Below, piece after piece: positions 57,341 through 64,000 of a stretch of DNA of 64,000 nt. Numbering within the stretch: the stretch's first letter is position 1; each line of letters begins with the position of its first letter. The DNA is from Macrostomum hystrix (lineage: Eukaryota; Animalia; Platyhelminthes), in the NCBI GenBank assembly GCA_950097015.1, contig CATNEN010000005.1, forward strand, positions 4,836,001-4,900,000, in the 5' to 3' direction. The position numbers and the translations under genes are program-made. Under the pieces are notes generated by a model. It was given only the letters and a program-made list of their open reading frames with translations. It was not told the DNA's origin and made no database searches.

Positions 57341-58293
57341 TGTCTAGTCTAGATACAAAGGACATAGGCCCTACATACTCTTAAGCTAGGCTATACGAAT
57401 TAGACCCTAAAATTTCAGCAAAAATTATCTGCATTACTAAAGAGCTGGCCTTAGTTCTACTTGAGTACAGCAACTAATTCATTATTGCAAATTAATGATC
57501 TGGCAAGCAATCCACACAACGTCAATAGCAAGACAACAACCTAATACCTTGAAAGTTGCTTATATTAAATCTTAATGTCTAGGTATCACTATCACTTCTT
57601 TATTAAGAAAACTGAAAAGTAAAAAACACAAAGAACAAAATTGACATATAAGTTCACGATTTAGCAATACAATTGAACAAACAAGAGAGAGCGAATTTTA
57701 CTGAATAATGAAGAGTAGCAGCATATCTTATATAGCAAAGAGCAACACACGTTGAAAACTTAATTTCGTCGAATCATTCTTACAAGCCCGAAAGCGAATT
57801 ATAAACAAATCTTGGCAAGAAAATTTATATTACACGTTTTAACAACTGATACATATTAGCTAAATTGGTTTATAAAGTTTTCATTTTTTCTTTTTCTTGA
57901 AACCTAAACAATAAGTATACTTAATCTTCAAGCAAAATTTTATTATTAGAAACGGTCGTAGGCAACGTATGAGTTTCGTTTTTTGTGACTTAGTCCGCAT
58001 TTGGTCTGAAAAGTTGAGGCTGTAAAAAGATAACAGCATGTATGTTCAAAAACACCCCACAGTGTTCGGCGCGTTACTCGTTATGTCGTTACTAGTTACT
58101 TTTTTTGCAACGTCACTTTGTCCCAACATCATAGAAACTGTTAGCAAATCAACTTAACTTGGCCTTCACACTCCACATTTCGATGTACGCACCTTTAAAC
58201 TCACTGCGTTCAGCGTTCTATTGCATCCGCGTTAAGATATTGTATTACATTTATACATGTACTAGACCAGTAATGAAGTCGGTGACTTATTAC

Positions 58294-59828
58294 GGGATGA
58301 GTGAGCCGTGATGCATATCAAAGTACTACTACTAAAATCTTATGAGTAATCTTATGAGAAATTGGCATAGGTCCCGGGTGTCAAAATTGCTGCAATGTGC
58401 CTTCCATTTCGAAAAGTCGAATTTTCCAACACTAATGCAGCTGCTCATCAGATGCAGCATATAGTATTGGGTACATCGTCTCTGTACATAAAAATTCGCA
58501 AGACCGTTTTTACAAAATTTACCTTTAAAGGTTCGAAAATTTGCATGATTTATTTAATTTCAACGAAAACAACACGTTTTCCAACTGCAAATCAAGATTT
58601 AGCATCTTGAATGTGACGCTGACTTTAAGTTGACATGTCATTCTCTTTCAAACATCCACATGCGTCTATTGACACCATTTTTAGCTCAATGCGACAAAGT
58701 GCACTATCGTAGAAGCAGAAATGGCAAACTTTTTCTCTCATACGTACACCTGTACAGGTACATATTTTAGTACAGATGGCCAACTACTGATACGTGTACA
58801 CGAGTCTAGTATTAAATGAAAGAGGGTCTTGAATGCAATTCAGCAACGCTAAGCGCAACACAAACGGATGCAGCAATCAAAAGTTATGATCGACCGATCC
58901 CGTTTTGCATGTTTTAGCCCCCCGGGCCGGGGGCAAAATTTGGGATTTTCGCATCCACCTTTGGGGCAAGTGGATGCTTAGAAAGTTCAAAATATACATT
59001 TTGTGCGCACATCTGTTGCACTTCTAAAAACTGAAGCCGCATTCGAATCGCACACCAAATACGTTCTGGCCATGCAGTTTTGTACCTCGAAGAATGACTA
59101 AAAATGACCAAAATCTGGTTTTTGGGATTTAATTACCCACATCTTCGGTAAACAACATCCACTCAGTCTGAAACCAACATTTTTGTATAGGCGACACCCA
59201 AGAAAGTTGGTTGACACGTGTTGAAATGCAATTCAAGTCATATGTCTGTGCCATAGAGGCGTCCAAAGTGCACCCTGTACTAAAAGTACTTTAAAAGTGC
59301 AATCTTTTTTCAATCACAAAAGTACACGGTCAAAACATTTCTTTACTATCAAGTAGGCCCATGTGTTGGGGTTACGACACAGCAAGTCAAAGTTTAAAAA
59401 CATGCACATTTTTTCAACCTCAAAAAACGTTTTTGACCCTTTGACCCAGAAGATGGGTCAGCAAGAAAAAATCCATATCAAATCATTGTAGGCTTATATA
59501 GCCCGCATCGACTGGATAGAGTCACTTGGCGACACCATAAAATGCCGAGAAAAGCGCCGAGAAAACAATTTTTGTCATGTCCAAAAAGATCATGTTTTTG
59601 GTTGCCATGGCAGTGCAACCAAAGAGCGTTTCCATGGCAACGCTTTTCACTTCAGTACATAGACCCAAGTCTTTTACATGTTTTGCAAAAAACCGCATCC
59701 AAATCGGTTCAACTGTGGCAAAAGCGGCAATCGTTAAAAGTTGAAAAACGTGCTTTCCTATCCCGACACGTTGGTTACATCTTATCAAGATGAGATATCG
59801 CATCCGTAATAACTGGCTCACTCATCCC
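58294..59828. mobile_element. Possible non-autonomous DNA transposon bounded by inverted GGGATGAGTGAGCC
   Basis: 14-bp perfect inverted repeat at 58294-58307 and 59815-59828; TTATTACGG and GATGC(G)ATATC motifs occur near both ends. No TSD or transposase seen. Confidence 0.4.
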
Positions 59829-61099
59829 AACTACTATATTTCCACCCTGGACCCAATAGAATTTACCAAACATTACACCGAAATAATACATTACGTACTT
59901 CGTTGATTGCATATTTTAATTTTACAGTGCCATCGATAGTCTGAATTACGCAACTGATCAAAACCAGAAATCAATAAGAGTTTCTACAGTTTCTTAATCA
60001 CAGTACTACTTACAGTAGGTCCGAACGTTAATAATCTCTCCTCTTTTTTAACAAGAAAAGCTACGACATGTTCGTTGATTTTTTCATATAGTAACAGTCA
60101 GTACATTATAAAACTACTGTAGAATAAATGTTCCTTCATTGCTTAGAAGGAAATTATTTTTCCGTAAAGCATCTTCTTTCTAAGAGTGTGAAGAAATATG
60201 TGAGAGCAGAGCTGCTCTCAGGCCTGCTCTCAGACATAGAAGGCCGTGTCAAAACGATGTCACAAAATAGTAACTTCAAAAGTCATGTCTATTTTCATTG
60301 TTGCGGTCGCTGATTTATACACAATTGTTTACATCAATTTCTGCGGTCTCCATTCAAATAATTTTTCACTTCTTTTACTAATGGCTAGTTGCTAAGGTCG
60401 CTCGTACTGTTATAGTGTTACGCAGATGAAGAATACTACGGGGAGTTGTCACCCATTCTCGCGGTATATATATATAGATTCCTTCAGTTCTGCGTTGAAG
60501 TGGCGGCGGGCAATTTCTGGCATAAATATTTGGACCAGTTTTGATCCCGCTATATATTTTTTCATGCCTCCATAAGGGATAAGGAGAGAGGATCTATGTA
60601 AAATCACTTCTATAATATTCGTGTGGGGTCCAAACTGCATACACTCATAGATATATGCTTTAGATGACATGCTGAAGCAAGGAGAATAAACAAAAAACTC
60701 CGCGTCCGCGAGGATTAAATGCTGGGTGGTCTATCGACTGGAGGGTGGAGATGTGGAAGCTGCGCCTCCCTCCACTCTTGTTCAGCATCAACAAACTGTC
60801 AGCAGTCGTTGCTGTTTGTTACCACTAAACCGATGAAATGTCCCTTGGAGACAACAGGTTGCTGCATTTTCTAGCTAATAAACAAATTGTCAAACCGCGA
60901 ATCCCCGCATAGATGATGAATTTCGCTTCGGTTTTTGTAAAACTGTTTGCTCATCAGCAAAAGATTCTCGACCTGGACAACTGAAATTCGGGTCTTAAAC
61001 CCTTTAGACTATACTAAATATTTACCTGACTCGAGCAGAGACCACGGCGAGTGGTCCAAAATTTTTCAAATTCTTAGAAAGCATTTTTTAATTTACTCT

Positions 61100-61580
61100 T
61101 AGCCTCATCTCCACCCGTGTCTCATCTCCCCCGTGTCTCATCTGTCCCGTGTCTCGTCTCTCCGCTGTCTTATCTCTCCGCTGTCTTATCTCTCCGCTGC
61201 CTTATCTCTCCGCTGTCTTATCTCTCCGCTGTCTTATCTCTCCGCTGTCTTATCTCTCCGCTGTCTTATCTCTCCGCTGTCTTATCTCTCCCCTGTCTTA
61301 ATCTCCCCCAGTACCTCATCTCCCCCGTGTCTCATTTCTCCCCGTGTCTCATCTCTCCCGTGTCTCATCTCCCCCGTGTCGCTTCTCTCTTCTGTCCTAT
61401 CTCTCCCCTGTCTCATCTGTTCTCTGTCTCATCTCCCCCGTGTCTCATCTCCTCCGTGTCTCGTTTCTCCCGCGTCTTATCTTTCCCGGGTCTCGTCTCT
61501 CCCCTGTCTTAATCTCTCCTCTGTCCTGTCTCCGCCGTGTCTCATCTCTCCCCTGTCTCATTTCTCCCGTGTCTCATCTC
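61100..61580. repeat. Degenerate reverse-complement array of the 16-bp minisatellite (TGTCTCATCTCTCCCC)
   Basis: Reverse complement of GGGGAGAGATGAGACA. Confidence 0.85.
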
Positions 61581-62059
61581 TCCATCTCTACATTGATTTA
61601 ACTCTTAATTTTTGTTACAATGGAAACCTGGTGAACTTTCAGGAAATAATTCCTTAAATTAGTTTTCTTTCGACAAGTCCACAACCTGCACTGGCAATTT
61701 TTATGCTTTCGTTTCTTTACTTAGAGTTTTTAAGTATCAAAGCCACCCGGATTGTTGCTATGGCCGGGTGGACATTGTTTGAAACCATAGAGCACCCGGG
61801 TAGCAACCAATAATACAGCCTCACCGCCGCAGGTTTCCCCAATTTCCCATGCAGACTCCTAATTGACTGCTACAAGGTGCAACAGTAATAAAAATTGCCT
61901 TTATAATGAAGCGATGCGGGATCTTATACCCATGCTAAACATTATTGCAAATCATGGGAAAACGACGGCGTGTGCGCCTTCTCGAATTTCATTTCCTTTG
62001 ATGGAATTGGCCAGGGCATGTGATGGGCGTCTGCCTGGTCTGCCCATTATAAATTAACC

Positions 62060-63375
62060 AGTTGGGATCTAAGAAAATTCAGTTGGGATCTGAGAATATT
62101 CAGTTGGGATCTAAGAAGATTCGGTTGGGATCTGAGAAGATTCAGTTGGGATCTGAGAAGATTCGGTTGGGATCTGAGAAGATTCAGTTGGGATCTGAGA
62201 AGATTCGGTTGGGATCTGAGAAGATTCAGTTGGGATCTGAGAATATTCAGTTGGGATCTAAGAATATTCAGTTGGGATCTGAGAAGATTCAGTTGGGATC
62301 TAAGAAGACTCAGTTAGGATCTGAGAAGACTCAGTTGGGATCTGAGAAGATTCAGTTGGGATCTGAGAAGACTCAGTTGGGATCTGAGAAGATTCAGTTG
62401 GGATCTGAGAAGATTCAGTTGGGATCTGAGAAGATTCAGTTGGGATCTAAGAATATTCAGTTGGGATCTGAGAAGATTCAGTTGTGATCTAAGAAGATTC
62501 AGTTGGGATTTAAGAAGATTCAGTTGGGATCTGAGAAGATTCAGTTGGGATCGAAGAAGATTCAGTTAGGATCTGAGAAGATTCAGTTGGGATCTGAGAA
62601 GATTCAGTTGGGATTTAAGAAGATTCAGTTGGAATCTGAGAAGATTCAGTTAAGATCGAAGAAGATTCCAGTTGGGATCTGAGAAGATTCAGTTGGGATC
62701 TGAGAAGATTCAGTTGGGATTTAAGAAGATTCAGTTGGAATCTGAGAAGATTCAGTTGGGATCTGAGAAGATTCAGTTGGGATCTGAGAAGATTCAGTTA
62801 TGATCTAAGAAGATTCAGTTGGGATCTGAGAAGATTCAGTTAGGATCTGAGAAGATTCAGTTGGGATCTGAGAAGATTCAGTTGGGATTTAAGAAGATTC
62901 AGTTGGGATCTGAGAAGATTCAGTTGGGATCTGAGAAGATTCAGTTGGGATCTAAGAAGATTCAGTTGGGATCTGAGAAGATTCAGTTGGGATCTAAGAA
63001 GATTCAGTTGGGATCTGAGAAGATTCAGTTGGGATCTGAGAAGATTCAGTTGGGATTTAAGAAGATTCAGTTGGGATCTAAGAAGATTCAGTTGGGATTT
63101 AAGAAGATTCAGTAGGGATCTGAGAAGATTCAGTTGGGATCTAAGAAGACTCAGTTGGGATCTGAGAAGATTCAGTTGGGATCTGAGAAGATTCAGTTGG
63201 GATCTGAGAAGATTCCGTTGGGATTTAAGAAGATTCAGTTGGGATCTGAGAAGATTCAGTTGGGATCTGAGAAGATTCCGTTGGGATTTAAGAAGATTCA
63301 GTTGGGATCTGAGAAGATTCAGTTGGGATCTAAGAAGATTCAGTTGGGATCTGAGAAGATTCAGACGGGATTTAA
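62060..63375. repeat. 21-bp minisatellite CAGTTGGGATCTGAGAAGATT
   Basis: About 62 copies; source of the GSEKIQL / RSQLNLL ORFs. Confidence 0.96.
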
Positions 63376-64000
63376 GAAGATGCAGTTTTTTTTCTCCGAA
63401 AATTTCGCAAAATACAAAAATCCGGAACATACTCAGAACAACTGTCACCACACAATCAGCGCACGACAATCACTAAAATATGCTATATACATGACACGAA
63501 CAATTCCGCTGCCCGTGTCAAGAGAGTGGCTTTCGGCCATAGACATTGAAAACACTTAAGAAGCGTAGACATTCCTTCATGTCCAGGTGGGCACAGGCGG
63601 AGTGTCCGCTACAATTGGCAGCTGTTCACGGAGCGTAGCGAGCAATATATATTTTAAACAGAGCAACAACTGACTTTTTTGACAAGTTAAAAGCGCGGTC
63701 AATACAGACAGTGCTTATACAGTGTGAGGCCACCTGGCAGAGTCAGATATATCCGCATCCATATGCGATGGATCTATTAGCTTTATAGTATGTGACAGCG
63801 TGAGGGTTGGGCTCATTGTTCACGTCCAGGGTCCACCTGTGTCGGCTCAACGAGATGCACAACTGTCTGATAGAATAGCTGTTATATGTTTTTCAACCCA
63901 TGAAGCATTTGTAACGGGACCATTTTAAGGTCATCAATTTACAGCTTGGGTGTGTCAATGACAAATACGGAATATGGCGCCGATATAAAATGTCAACGAA

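Noticed and set aside
60128-60670. ORFs 60128-60313 (+) and 60449-60670 (-), also 61863-62057 and possible exons at 63500-63900
   Set aside because: No recognisable domain and no consistent splice chain could be built; they may belong to a gene outside the window but are unsupported.

Overview
Eukaryotic, intron-rich and very tandem-repeat-rich animal DNA. The style resembles a Macrostomum-like flatworm, but the species is an inference. Four spliced protein-coding genes were reconstructed by hand, each with GT-AG introns and consistent exon phase. (1) + strand, 7186-11848: a 4-exon, ~464-aa protein with two duplicated phospholipase-D-superfamily (HxK...SAN) half-domains. It does not look like TDP1, PLD1/2, PLD3/4 or Zucchini and is the best novelty candidate. 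(2) - strand, 26288-13315: a 15-exon, ~827-aa neprilysin/M13-family type II membrane protein whose zinc motif HExxH has become TEMTR, so it is an intact but probably catalytically dead pseudopeptidase. (3) - strand, 31834-29801: a 2-exon, ~253-aa single-pass protein with two thrombospondin type-1 repeats (MIG-21-like architecture). (4) - strand, ~56830-41809: 16-exon PSME4/PA200/Blm10 ending in YYA. Most long introns are filled by their own minisatellite, and two large arrays show higher-order repeat structure. Mobile elements include three tRNA-derived SINE families (one CORE-like, one forming inverted pairs), a hAT/MER58-like MITE with an 8-bp TSD carrying a minisatellite, a Penelope GIY-YIG fragment and two further inverted-repeat elements. 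Most long ORFs in the supplied track are repeat artefacts. No CRISPR array, rRNA or convincing tRNA gene was found.
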